The notes below the pieces were generated by a model. It was not told the DNA's origin. It searched no databases and was given only the letters and a program-made list of their open reading frames with translations. The position numbers and the translations under genes were made by a program. A DNA stretch of 34,184 nt from a virus (taxonomy: Duplodnaviria > Caudoviricetes), in the IMG/VR virus record IMGVR_UViG_3300031861_000009, positions 1 through 34,184 of that record. One strand, given 5' to 3'. Below are positions 23,722-33,742 of this stretch, piece after piece. How positions within the stretch are numbered: position 1 is the stretch's first letter; each line of letters begins with the position of its first letter.

Positions 23722-24473
23722 TGGATCATGGGTATGTGTCGCGAGACTATGAAAAGCATCCTGTCGGATACTGCTCACCAACGTATCAGGGTGAAGTTTA
23801 TGATCGGTCTGATTGGCCTGATTTGATTTCAGCACAGCAAAAAAACCAATCTTCACCGCTTGACGTTCATAAATTCAATGATGTTCCTATCCTCAATCAG
23901 ACGACTTGGAAGTATTGTTGGATGTTCGCAATTGTTGCGGGAGTTATGAACCGTTATGCGTTTCAGGGAATCAATGATCCTGTATCAGAGTTATCAGCAA
24001 CAGCAGTAGCAGCACAAGGCAAGAACTATCGCAACAAAGGTGGGTATTGCTCAGAAGCAGTTGAGTATGTTCAGAAGTTTGGAATACCAGAGGCATCGAC
24101 TTGGCCGAATAACAAATCGGGCAGGAGTTATTCAAGGCTTGAAACGGTGAAGGAATCATCAAAGCGATCAAACATTGTTCAGTTTGAAGATATTGGACAA
24201 GGCGTAGACAAAGCAATATCAGCATTGATTTCACCTGACCCAGCACCAGTTACATTCTCGTTGAGATGGTGGAGACATGCTATTCTCGGTTTGAGTGTTA
24301 GTTACCGCAAACGAAGAAATCCACTCGACCTAAACAGTTACCGATTGAATTTCGTTAATTCATATGGACCACGATACGAACAGAATGGATTCGGAAAACT
24401 TGCTGGGACTCAAATGGTCGCGGACGAATACATTGTAATACGCAGAGTGAAAGTTAAGTCAGATGATAGCTAG
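23718..24473 (+). CDS. Papain-fold (C1-like) cysteine peptidase
   Basis: Oxyanion Q and catalytic C in NQTTWKYCWMFA, H in WWRHAI, N in VNSYG. Confidence 0.8.
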   Translation: MMDHGYVSRDYEKHPVGYCSPTYQGEVYDRSDWPDLISAQQKNQSSPLDVHKFNDVPILNQTTWKYCWMFAIVAGVMNRYAFQGINDPVSELSATAVAAQGKNYRNKGGYCSEAVEYVQKFGIPEASTWPNNKSGRSYSRLETVKESSKRSNIVQFEDIGQGVDKAISALISPDPAPVTFSLRWWRHAILGLSVSYRKRRNPLDLNSYRLNFVNSYGPRYEQNGFGKLAGTQMVADEYIVIRRVKVKSDDS

Positions 24474-24681
24474 TGCCGACCCTACTATGGTTTCTATGTT
24501 GCTTGGTGCGATGGCAACTCTTGGGACAGTCGTTGCTGTTCTGTATAGACACATTCAAAACAATTTCACGAGGGTCGAGAGCAAATTGGATGATTGCGAA
24601 GTTGATAGGCTCAATTTATGGGAAGTCATTGCGAAACAAGCGGGATGCAGAGTTGAGGAATTGAAAAGAGATAACAAATGA
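24463..24681 (+). CDS. Holin-like small membrane protein
   Basis: One TM helix followed by a charged coiled coil (LDDCEVDR). Confidence 0.5.
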   Translation: MIASADPTMVSMLLGAMATLGTVVAVLYRHIQNNFTRVESKLDDCEVDRLNLWEVIAKQAGCRVEELKRDNK

Positions 24682-25868
24682 CACAAACACTGACGTACAA
24701 AAACGACACGGGTGCGAGTGGAACATACATTCAACAGGATGTTGATGTTGATGGTGTGTCGCTGTTGCAGTCTGCCGGTGATATTACGTCAGTGGTTCTG
24801 AAAATCACATGGAACGCACCATACGATTGGCAACACTCAGAGTGCTATGTTAATGATCCTGATGGTTCAACTCATTATATGTTCACGGCTGGTTCTTTGC
24901 CGTTTGGATCAGGTGTGAGGACTGACACACTGACAATTGCATCGGGTAGTTTTCCTTCGTCAATTGATGGCGTGTGGGAATTTTACCTTGATGATCAGAT
25001 GGGCAGTTCAAACACACTCGATGAGGTTGTTGTTGACATTGAGGTTACATCAGCACAAATGCCAACAACCTACGGTGAAATCATTTGGCATAACGCTGAT
25101 AACTATCAGGGCGGCATTGATGTGTCAGGAAATGCTCGGCACGTTTACCCGGCAAACAGTGCAAGCATTGTTACCCAAACAGGATCAACAGGAACGCACG
25201 CATTTGATTTCAATGGCACTGATCAGTTTTGGGGTGATGACACCCTGACAAGTACGGCAGGCACGGCAACGATGAGTGTGTCAGCATGGTTCAGGCACAA
25301 TGGTACAAGCGGCATTCAGGTCATCGCCTGCAATCATGGCAGCAACAAAGGGCAATGGTCGTTGTATCGAAGCGGTACAAGTGTTTATTTCTACGCTGGT
25401 TATTATCTACAGACGGTATCAGGTGGTAGCGATGCGGAATTGTTCTATGCAGGTGGTGCGGCAAATACCTCAAACACGTGGTATCACGTCTGCGTTTTGT
25501 GGGATGGTGGTGAGGCATCATTGGACAAAGTGAAAATGTTTATTGACGGCACTCAGATCGCGTCAACCATTTCAACCCGTGTGACCTACGGCAGCGGGTT
25601 GAGTGTTCTACCGGCTGGAAGTGTGTCAGGGCCGCATCCACCGTATACGATTGGTGCATTGCAGGAATGTTCTATTGGCGGTGGGCCAACCGGAACGCTG
25701 TTGTATCCGTTTGGCGGTCAGGTTGATGCTGTGCGATCATGGTCGAGTGTTTTAACTGCTGATGACATTGCATGGGTTTCATCCGGCAGAAATGTTGCGG
25801 GTGGTCCCACGAGTTTCAAATCCTATTTCATTCAAACTTCAAATCCGGTGGGTTTCACCAATGCGTAA
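24678..25868 (+). CDS. Fibre/decoration protein with P-domain-like and LamG/ConA-like jelly-roll domains
   Basis: DGVWEFYLDD (proprotein-convertase P-domain-like); FDFNGTD, SVSAWF, WYHVC, MFIDG and FGGQVDAVRSWS (LamG). Confidence 0.7.
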   Translation: MTQTLTYKNDTGASGTYIQQDVDVDGVSLLQSAGDITSVVLKITWNAPYDWQHSECYVNDPDGSTHYMFTAGSLPFGSGVRTDTLTIASGSFPSSIDGVWEFYLDDQMGSSNTLDEVVVDIEVTSAQMPTTYGEIIWHNADNYQGGIDVSGNARHVYPANSASIVTQTGSTGTHAFDFNGTDQFWGDDTLTSTAGTATMSVSAWFRHNGTSGIQVIACNHGSNKGQWSLYRSGTSVYFYAGYYLQTVSGGSDAELFYAGGAANTSNTWYHVCVLWDGGEASLDKVKMFIDGTQIASTISTRVTYGSGLSVLPAGSVSGPHPPYTIGALQECSIGGGPTGTLLYPFGGQVDAVRSWSSVLTADDIAWVSSGRNVAGGPTSFKSYFIQTSNPVGFTNA

Positions 25869-26865
25869 AAACATATCAGGTCAATCAGTTAGTTTTTTGG
25901 CTCTTGCAAGTGCAGATGGTTCACCCGTCACCTCTGGTACTCCAGCAATCGTATTATCGAAAGACGGTGCGGCACAAACTGCATCATCGAACAGTGCAAC
26001 ACATTTTGGCAATGGTGTTTGGGGTTTGGATCTGACGCAGGGCGAGACGAATTGTGATCATCTGGTTGCGTCAATGACCCTCGCAACAGCCGTTGGGTCA
26101 ATGGTTCAAGCGTATCCGTATGTTGCTTCTGATTTCATGGCAGATGTAACATCACTGGCAACGTCATCAGCCGTATCTGCATTGAACAATTTTGATCCAG
26201 CATCGGATGTTGTTGCAACTGTTACCACTTGCACGACAAATTCGGATATGCGTGGTACTGATTCAGCAGCAACTGCCGCCAACCTAGCAGTTGTCGATGG
26301 TGTAGTTGATTCAAACAACGCAATACTAGACAAATTGAATACAGCGTTGGTTCTTGACGGTGCTGTTTATCAATTTACGACTAACGCGTTGGAGAATGCA
26401 CCGTCAGGTGGTTCGGCACCAACAGCGAGTGATATTTATGCTTACTTCATATCAGGAAGCAACGAAGATGCGTTCAAAGCTGACATAACATCGCTTGCAA
26501 CAGCCTCGGCCGTTTCAGCGTTGAATGATTTTGACCCCGCATCAGATTCGGTAGCGAACGTCACACTGGTTGCCACCTGCACCACGAACACTGATCAGCG
26601 AGGAACAGACGGTGCGAACACAACCGTTCCAGACAATTCAGGTATCAGTTCAAATGGAACAGCAATCGCAGCATTGAATAACTTCGATCCTGCTGCTGAC
26701 ACTGTTGCAAATGTCACGCTAGTTGGCACATGCACATTGAACAGTGATATGCGTGGAACTGATGCTGCTGCAACTGCTGCTGCATTGCTAACCGTTCCAA
26801 AGTTGAATACCGCTTACACTCACACAAATCAGGCGGCTGATACGATGACCGTCACAATTACATAG
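25861..26865 (+). CDS. Fibre-like structural protein with three internal repeats
   Basis: ALN(N/D)FDPA...CT.N.D.RGTD occurs three times; Ala/Thr-rich; start ATG 25861. Confidence 0.65.
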   Translation: MRKNISGQSVSFLALASADGSPVTSGTPAIVLSKDGAAQTASSNSATHFGNGVWGLDLTQGETNCDHLVASMTLATAVGSMVQAYPYVASDFMADVTSLATSSAVSALNNFDPASDVVATVTTCTTNSDMRGTDSAATAANLAVVDGVVDSNNAILDKLNTALVLDGAVYQFTTNALENAPSGGSAPTASDIYAYFISGSNEDAFKADITSLATASAVSALNDFDPASDSVANVTLVATCTTNTDQRGTDGANTTVPDNSGISSNGTAIAALNNFDPAADTVANVTLVGTCTLNSDMRGTDAAATAAALLTVPKLNTAYTHTNQAADTMTVTIT

Positions 26866-26873
26866 GTGAATAG

Positions 26874-27488
26874 ATGGCTGTTGTAAATTCGTTTGCTTTG
26901 TTTGCCAGTGCAACATACCCCGCAGTCTCGGATGTGTTGGCGACTGCACCTGTTTACGGTGATGCTCAAAATGTATTGCAAGGTACATTCGTACCATCAG
27001 GGGCAACCATACCCGCTGTGACTGATGTCCGTGATGGAGTTGCTGTTGGTGCTGGCTTGGGTGTGTTGGAATTGCCTGTAGCAAGTCAGGTATTGTTAGG
27101 TGTTGGGTATGGTGCTAATGGTATTGAGCTAACAGGGACGTTGAAAGTCGACGATGATAGTGATACGACAAGAGACATCACGTTCAATGCTGGTGATGAT
27201 TACTTGGGTAGCTATGCATTGTCTTGGGAATCAGACACGTTCAGCCCAATGACAGGCACGCTGTATTTCACTCTCGTTGATGATCGTGGTATTGAGTGGT
27301 TGAATGCCAGCCCAACGTATTCAAGTCAAACAACCATCAATTTGGAATTGACCCACGCTGATACGAAGGACATCAGCAGCGATGTCTACCGATATGGCAT
27401 ACGCCACGTTGATAGCAGCGGTGTTGTTCGTACTCTTGTCAAGGGATTTTGTTCGGTCGCTATGAGCTATGCGAACACCAACCCCTGA
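26874..27488 (+). CDS. Fibre-associated protein with P..(D/Q)V..G...G repeats and BppU-like C-terminus
   Basis: YPAVSDVL, IPAVTDVRDGV and LPVASQVLLGVGYG repeats; LELTHADT...YRYGI..VRTLVKG. Confidence 0.55.
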   Translation: MAVVNSFALFASATYPAVSDVLATAPVYGDAQNVLQGTFVPSGATIPAVTDVRDGVAVGAGLGVLELPVASQVLLGVGYGANGIELTGTLKVDDDSDTTRDITFNAGDDYLGSYALSWESDTFSPMTGTLYFTLVDDRGIEWLNASPTYSSQTTINLELTHADTKDISSDVYRYGIRHVDSSGVVRTLVKGFCSVAMSYANTNP

Positions 27489-27796
27489 TCTGCTCTGACC
27501 AGAGTTGACAGGGGGCTGAAAGGGGTCACAATAGGCTAATCGCCCCCCCCTTTCACGAGTCCACAGGATAGCCATAGGGCAATTCAGCCCAAATTGGACG
27601 TGGTTAGGCAAAGGCGGAGGGAAGTCAGCTAATTTGGGGACTGTTGGCCCCTGAATAGGCTCTGAGAGGGTCATTTGGGAAGGTAGGTACTATATCGGTC
27701 ATTCAGGACTGATAGTCCAAGAGAGAACACCTGTCCTTCCTTTGTTTTAGGATTCCAAAGTCACGCGAAAGCATTTGGGGAATGGGGTTGAACTAG

Positions 27797-28459
27797 ATGA
27801 AAGTTTTAATGATTGGTGTTGACAAGCTCACGTCTCACCCACGAAATTACCGGGAACATCCAACTGACCAATTGGATCACATCAAGCAATCGCTCACTCA
27901 GTTCGGTTTCTATCGAAATGTTGTATCGACGAAAGGCAATGTGATTCTCGCTGGGCATGGAGTAGTCCAAGCAGCGAAGGAACTTGGTATCGAAAAGGTA
28001 CCAGTCATGCAAGTTGACTTGGAGCCAGAGTCGACGGCAGCGTTGAAGATACTTACGGGTGATAACGAAATAGCATCTCTCGGTATCATCGATGATCGCG
28101 AGCTAACCAATATGCTCAAGCAAATCCGTGATGAAGATGAACACGGACTTCTCGGCACGGGTTTCGATGATCAGGTGTTAGCCAATCTTGTAATGGTTAC
28201 ACGAACAGGAACAGAGGTTGAAGATTTCAACGCTGCCGCTGAGTGGGTGGGAATGCCTGAGTACGATAGCGAGGCTGAGGACACTTTTAAGTTGTTAATC
28301 AAGTTTGAGACACTCGATGAGAGAGTTGCATTCTTGAAAGAAAAGTGTGATATCGACAAGGCAACAGAGTTCAAAAATAATACTGCTGCCATCTGGTATC
28401 CTCCAAAGACACCACGAGATACTAAGTCAGTAGCATTCGATGATGCGGACAAGAAGTGA
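27797..28459 (+). CDS. ParB/Srx-like N-domain protein
   Basis: HPRNYREH..Q...IKQSL..FGF...ILAGHG..AAKELG; C-terminal EWVGMPEY...IWYP domain. Confidence 0.85.
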   Translation: MKVLMIGVDKLTSHPRNYREHPTDQLDHIKQSLTQFGFYRNVVSTKGNVILAGHGVVQAAKELGIEKVPVMQVDLEPESTAALKILTGDNEIASLGIIDDRELTNMLKQIRDEDEHGLLGTGFDDQVLANLVMVTRTGTEVEDFNAAAEWVGMPEYDSEAEDTFKLLIKFETLDERVAFLKEKCDIDKATEFKNNTAAIWYPPKTPRDTKSVAFDDADKK

Positions 28460-29364
28460 TAAAGCATCCAAGATACCCGATATACATTCCGAGCAAGGGA
28501 CGTTATGGACGAAGTGAAACTGCTCGCATGTTTGACAAATACGAGACACCCTATCGGGTTGTAGTTGAGCCACAAGAGGTTGACAACTATGCGAAAGCAC
28601 TCGGCAAAGACAAGCTAGTTGTTCTTCCTGAAAATGATCAAGGGTTGGTTTACGCTCGAAACTTCTGCAAGCAGCATTCAATTGATGAAGGGCATGAAAG
28701 ACATTGGCAGTTTGATGATGACATAAGAATGATGGGCCGCATGTATAAGCGTGAGCGAATCCAATGCAATTCATCAATAGCAATAAGTGCCGTAGAAGAT
28801 TTCATAGAGCGTTATGAAAATGTTGGCCTATGTGCATTCAACCATATTGGATTCCTTGGACCGCAACAAGCAGTTCCGCCATTCTATTTGAACACGCGAT
28901 GCTACACATGCTTTTGTATGTGGAACAAACTTCCGAACACATGGCGGTACAGATACAACGAAGATACAGATATGTCCTTGCAGGTTATTGCGGCGGGATA
29001 TTGCACGATCATGTTCAACGCGTTCTTCATGCAAACGTGTGACACGAACTATGGTGGTAAGGAATCAAAGGTTGAAGGTGGTCAACAAGCAGTGTATGCA
29101 GATGACGGACGACTGAAAATGTCGCGTGATCTTGAACGGCAATGGCCGGGTGTAGTAACTACTGAACGAAAGTTTGGTAGACCACAACACAAGATCAAAT
29201 CCAATTGGACCAAGTTTGATACTCAATTGATTCGAAAGAAAACTATTGATTTCGATGCTATGGAGAAGATAGATGAACTTGGAATGAAAATGATGACCGT
29301 TCAAGAAATCAAACACGATGACGTAAAACGAATACTCAAGGAGTATGAACAAGAGCATGGATAA
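28456..29364 (+). CDS. TAGT/GREB1-like GT-A glycosyltransferase (putative DNA-base glycosyltransferase)
   Basis: YPIYIPSKGR, ARN, HWQFDDDI, WRYRYNEDTDMSLQ and GG motifs of the phage TET-associated glycosyltransferase family. Confidence 0.8.
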   Translation: MIKHPRYPIYIPSKGRYGRSETARMFDKYETPYRVVVEPQEVDNYAKALGKDKLVVLPENDQGLVYARNFCKQHSIDEGHERHWQFDDDIRMMGRMYKRERIQCNSSIAISAVEDFIERYENVGLCAFNHIGFLGPQQAVPPFYLNTRCYTCFCMWNKLPNTWRYRYNEDTDMSLQVIAAGYCTIMFNAFFMQTCDTNYGGKESKVEGGQQAVYADDGRLKMSRDLERQWPGVVTTERKFGRPQHKIKSNWTKFDTQLIRKKTIDFDAMEKIDELGMKMMTVQEIKHDDVKRILKEYEQEHG

Positions 29365-30136
29365 CAATGTCAAGATCGTTGTTCCCTACGGCAATCAAAA
29401 ACAAGCGGAGAAGTTTGCTGAAGCATGGGGGGTGACGTGGGGTACTGACTATATGGTGTTCACTTACGATCGGCACAAGCAGGGGTGTGCCATGACAAAG
29501 AACGAAGGAATCAAGACTGCTGTAGCACAGGGTGCTGATACGATTGTTGTTTTGGACGATGATTGTTTTCCTACAAAAGAGCATCCAACCCTTCCTGATC
29601 TTACAGCTTCGCATCTGGAAGCACTTGAACCGCAGCAAGTAAAGATGTTCAAAGAGGTGACGTTTCCATTGTCGAGAGGAACGCCATACTTGAACCAAAA
29701 CAAAAACATGACATTGCCGGTAGCATGTTCGATGGGATTCTGGTCTGAGATAGGCGACTACTGTGCCGCGAGACAGCTTGCATTTGAAGGGCAAGACATG
29801 GAGTTCAAGCATGAGCCGATATTCCAGCAATACTTTCCATTGTGTGGAATGAACATAGCATTCCATCCTGAACAATGGTTGCCTTGGTGTTTGTTTATCG
29901 ACGTGAATCGGTACGATGATATTTGGATGGGTTGGCTATGGCAACGTGAAGCGTATCGAAAGAATCATTGTTTCGCTTTGAACGGACCAACAATACGTCA
30001 CTCAAGACAAAGTGATGTTTGGAAGAACCTGAAAATCGAAGCAGAGTATGCAAAGCAAAACGACACGCTTTGGCGTGAGATCGCTACTGCTGAATATGAA
30101 ACATACGACGATCTGAGGGGACTGCTACCTGTATGA
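29345..30136 (+). CDS. RGP/GT75-like (UDP-arabinopyranose mutase-like) GT-A protein
   Basis: LDDDCFP, SRGTPY, LCGMNIAF and RYDDIWMG parallel the plant RGP motifs DDDC, RGYPF, CGMNLAF and RYDDMWAG. Start 29345 or 29357. Confidence 0.7.
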   Translation: MNKSMDNNVKIVVPYGNQKQAEKFAEAWGVTWGTDYMVFTYDRHKQGCAMTKNEGIKTAVAQGADTIVVLDDDCFPTKEHPTLPDLTASHLEALEPQQVKMFKEVTFPLSRGTPYLNQNKNMTLPVACSMGFWSEIGDYCAARQLAFEGQDMEFKHEPIFQQYFPLCGMNIAFHPEQWLPWCLFIDVNRYDDIWMGWLWQREAYRKNHCFALNGPTIRHSRQSDVWKNLKIEAEYAKQNDTLWREIATAEYETYDDLRGLLPV

Positions 30137-30981
30137 GTAAACAACCGATCATTGATACCGCTGGGCTAGTGGATCAAATGAAACAAACAAATGACAATAG
30201 ACAGCTAACAGCTAGTCGGCAGTTTATGTTTACAAAGGTTGGACGTACCGCATCCGAGTCAATGCACCAAGAACTATTGGGGAACGTCAAAAACTATCTG
30301 AGGCTTGGTCGCGTCAGACAGTTGATTGAGTTTTACAGTACAGACAAGTCAGACAAATCATGGGATAGGGAAACAATAAACCTTTGCCATAATCATATTC
30401 CCATCAGGTCTATGATCGCAGGTGAATTGTTTTCGATGGACTGGTATCATTCGCTTTACAAATGGGGCGGGTGTCGGAATCCTTGGGACAGGCTGGTATC
30501 ATTCTGGCGAATCAAACAGTCAGACCAACGAGGTGCAGGGATAGCCGATAAATGCAACACGTTTGAAGAATTGGTTACAAGACTTGAGAACCATGAAGGA
30601 CGAAACTTCATTCCTGAAAGTAACAAGTACACAATTATGCAACCCATGTGGAGATGGTTGCTACCTGAGTTTGATTACATAACGAGATATGAGTGTTTGA
30701 AAACAGATTGGAAGGTTGTCACAAAGCAGTTGGGCATACCTGAATTGAAGTTGGAAAAACATAATTCATATCACAATCAAACAGATACCAAAAAGCGAAA
30801 GTCATACCTTGATTATTACGACAGTAGATTAGCCAAGAGGGTTGGCATACTATACAAGGATGATTGCAAGATATTCGGGTATGCTGACATTGAAGATCGA
30901 AAGCCATTTGATCAACTCCGAATAAAGAAATATCTCAAAACACATTGGTCAAAACTTGGATACAACGGAGCATCCCAGTAA
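30133..30981 (+). CDS. Sulfotransferase (Sulfotransfer_2-like)
   Basis: 5'-PSB-like KVGRTASES, 3'-PB RNPWDRLVS, DYITRYE.LK.DW, and YLDYYD...YKDD..IFGY. Confidence 0.8.
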   Translation: MSKQPIIDTAGLVDQMKQTNDNRQLTASRQFMFTKVGRTASESMHQELLGNVKNYLRLGRVRQLIEFYSTDKSDKSWDRETINLCHNHIPIRSMIAGELFSMDWYHSLYKWGGCRNPWDRLVSFWRIKQSDQRGAGIADKCNTFEELVTRLENHEGRNFIPESNKYTIMQPMWRWLLPEFDYITRYECLKTDWKVVTKQLGIPELKLEKHNSYHNQTDTKKRKSYLDYYDSRLAKRVGILYKDDCKIFGYADIEDRKPFDQLRIKKYLKTHWSKLGYNGASQ

Positions 30982-31315
30982 AGCCGATATTCGTTTATTT
31001 CATCGAGCTATGTCGCAACGTTGGCCTATGCCATCAGAGTATCGGGATGCAATGATCAAGAGATTGATACGGGTAGTTGCAGATCCATCTAGCAGTAACA
31101 GAGACATTGCCGCCGCTAGTCGTGTATTGATTTCAGCAGAGCAACAAAATCAACAGGACGACCAATATGAAATGGACTCTAACCAAAGAGGAAATCGGTT
31201 TCTTGATGTCGCTGCCGGACTTGGAATTGCAAAAGCTATTGATCAGCTATCCAGAAACGGAACAGCAACAAATCATCTCACAGTTGATGCAGGAATCATC
31301 GACACAAAAGACTGA
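30956..31315 (+). CDS. Putative terminase small subunit
   Basis: 119-aa helical protein immediately upstream of and overlapping terL. Confidence 0.5.
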   Translation: MDTTEHPSKADIRLFHRAMSQRWPMPSEYRDAMIKRLIRVVADPSSSNRDIAAASRVLISAEQQNQQDDQYEMDSNQRGNRFLDVAAGLGIAKAIDQLSRNGTATNHLTVDAGIIDTKD

Positions 31316-33410
31316 CGCTGAAAAGCAGAGGACAAAAAGCCGTGACCGGGATTCAGGGACGCAAGCCAGAGCGAAGCACGCCCGCAAGACTCGTCTTGCA
31401 TTACAAGATACTTCTCCGTTGCCTGATGATCTTACTGACGAAGAATCATTAGTCCGAAACAAATCAGATGAATCTCTTTTGTATCATCTACAAACGTGCT
31501 ATCCAAATGCGTTTGGGTTGCCCTTCTCAGATGATCACCTTCGGCTGATTGAGCAAATACAGATTGCATGTTGTGAAGGTGAGTTGAAAGCGATAGCAAT
31601 GCCACGAGGCAGCGGCAAGACAACCATAGTAGTCAGAGCAGGGTTATGGGCATTGCTTGCTGGTCATCGAAAGTTTGCAGTCATAGTAGCGGCTACAGAA
31701 GCATTCGGTCAAAAGTTATTAACGAGTATCAAGACTGAAATTCTAACGAATGGGATTCTGAGTACACTGTACCGTCAAGAACTACACTGCCTTCAAGCGT
31801 TGGAAGGTGAAGCAAAGCGGGCAATAGGTCAACGATTCAATGGCAAGAAAACAAACGTCCAATGGCTTAGTGGTCAAATAGCATTTGGGTATGTCCCGAA
31901 TGTTTCTACGTCAGGGGCCATCTTGTCCTGCTGCGGATTGACTGGGAATATCAGGGGTCAACAGGTGACAGGAGTTGACGGTGTAATCCATCGACCTGAC
32001 TTGGTATTGGTAGATGACCCTCAAACAAAAGAATCAGCATCATCACCTTCGCAATGTCAGAAGAGACATGAGATAATGATGGGTGATGTTTTGGGTATGG
32101 CTGGACCACATACAGCTATCAGTGCGTTATGTACTTGCACAGTAATCTACAAGAATGATTTGGCAGATCAACTTCTGGACCGAAAAGTATCACCTGTTTG
32201 GCAGGGCGAGACATGCAAGATGGTTTACAAGTGGCCCAACAATGAGGAACTATGGGACAGGTATAGAACAGTATGGGAAGATGAATTGCGTTCAGATGGA
32301 AACGGTAGCATTGCAAGATCATTCATCAAAGACAATTACGATGAAATGCACGAAGGATCACAAGTGGGATGGGATCATCGTTATAGCTCAAACGAAGTGT
32401 CTGCATTGCAACATGCGTATAACTTGAAGTTTCGGGATGAAGCAGCGTTTCATGCTGAGTATCAAAACGATCCTCTTGCCTCACTACAAGAAACACCTTT
32501 TGAATTAAGTGCAGAGCAGATTGCACGCAAGACTAACAACGTGAAGCGTAGACGTATTCCAAGTGAGTGCGAGAAGATCACAACATTTATTGATGTCCAA
32601 AACAATGTTCTGTTCTATACGCAGGTTGCATGGGAGATGCAGGGACGCGGTCATGTAATTGACTACGGAACATACCCTGATCAAAGGCGTCTGTACTTCA
32701 CCAAGAAGCAGATCGAATATACGTTACAGGATGTAGGTAAAACAGAGAATTTGAATGAAGCAATTTATCTTGGACTGGAACAGCTTGTAACGCAGTTATT
32801 TGAACGCAAGTATTACAGAGAGGATAAAACAATTATGACTCTTGATCGCTGCGGAGTGGACGCACGTAGCGGATACCACACAAGAGTAGTGAGAAGATTT
32901 TGTCGAGAAACAAAATATATGGGTCGCGTACATCCTCAGTTCGGATTATACATTGGCAAAGATGGAAAGCCTTGGCATCAATGGACGCATAACAAGAAGC
33001 ATAGAATGGGTGTTCATTGCCGAATGCAACCACCACCCAAAAATGAACGAGGTGTTCGTGAACTAATGGTGGATACAAACTGGTGGAAAACATTTACAGC
33101 TGAAAGACTTAGTGCTAGTGCAGGATCAGATCAATCAATGTTGCTATTTGATGAGTCCCCTACAGTTCATCGAATGTTTGCTGAGCATATGATTTCAGAA
33201 ATCCCAATTCAGGTCGTAGGCAAAGCTGGCAATGAAGTCATAGAGTGGAAGCACTCAGGCCACATGAATAATGATTTCTGGGATTGCCTCGTTGGTAATT
33301 CTGTACTTGCATCAATTGAAGGAATCAGAATTGATGTAGACGGTGAACAAGTTAGGAAACAGAAACCAAAACGTAACCGAAGAAAACCATCAAACTTCGT
33401 AGGGATATGA
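31167..33410 (+). CDS. terL: Terminase large subunit (gpA-like nuclease domain)
   Basis: Walker A MPRGSGKTT, Walker B LVLVDD, nuclease motifs FIDVQ and NDFWDC; upstream of gpW and portal. Confidence 0.9.
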   Translation: MKWTLTKEEIGFLMSLPDLELQKLLISYPETEQQQIISQLMQESSTQKTDAEKQRTKSRDRDSGTQARAKHARKTRLALQDTSPLPDDLTDEESLVRNKSDESLLYHLQTCYPNAFGLPFSDDHLRLIEQIQIACCEGELKAIAMPRGSGKTTIVVRAGLWALLAGHRKFAVIVAATEAFGQKLLTSIKTEILTNGILSTLYRQELHCLQALEGEAKRAIGQRFNGKKTNVQWLSGQIAFGYVPNVSTSGAILSCCGLTGNIRGQQVTGVDGVIHRPDLVLVDDPQTKESASSPSQCQKRHEIMMGDVLGMAGPHTAISALCTCTVIYKNDLADQLLDRKVSPVWQGETCKMVYKWPNNEELWDRYRTVWEDELRSDGNGSIARSFIKDNYDEMHEGSQVGWDHRYSSNEVSALQHAYNLKFRDEAAFHAEYQNDPLASLQETPFELSAEQIARKTNNVKRRRIPSECEKITTFIDVQNNVLFYTQVAWEMQGRGHVIDYGTYPDQRRLYFTKKQIEYTLQDVGKTENLNEAIYLGLEQLVTQLFERKYYREDKTIMTLDRCGVDARSGYHTRVVRRFCRETKYMGRVHPQFGLYIGKDGKPWHQWTHNKKHRMGVHCRMQPPPKNERGVRELMVDTNWWKTFTAERLSASAGSDQSMLLFDESPTVHRMFAEHMISEIPIQVVGKAGNEVIEWKHSGHMNNDFWDCLVGNSVLASIEGIRIDVDGEQVRKQKPKRNRRKPSNFVGI

Positions 33411-33742
33411 TGAGTAACTATGTGCAGATTGATGTTGAGGTACCAACTTGCCCCAAATGCGGATCTGGTTCAAGAACAAAATACCATCATGTGAGAGAAC
33501 TGAAAGCAGTTGTGATACGCGGTCAATACTACGAAAAAATATCGCTGAGACGTACTGCTTGTTTGGAGTGCGGTCAGAATAGAGTTGAGAGGGTATTGAT
33601 TCCACCACAAGATAGTTCCGCACAGCGGACACTAACACTTGATTCAGATACCACAAGTCAAGTAAACTCGGCAGCATGTACTCCGAAGAAAACCTCAAAG
33701 CGAAAATCACCGCGATCGACATCAAGATCGAATCAGGAGTAA
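33407..33742 (+). CDS. Zn-ribbon protein
   Basis: CPKCGS...CLECG; C-terminal tail overlaps gpW by 67 bp. Confidence 0.6.
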   Translation: MMSNYVQIDVEVPTCPKCGSGSRTKYHHVRELKAVVIRGQYYEKISLRRTACLECGQNRVERVLIPPQDSSAQRTLTLDSDTTSQVNSAACTPKKTSKRKSPRSTSRSNQE

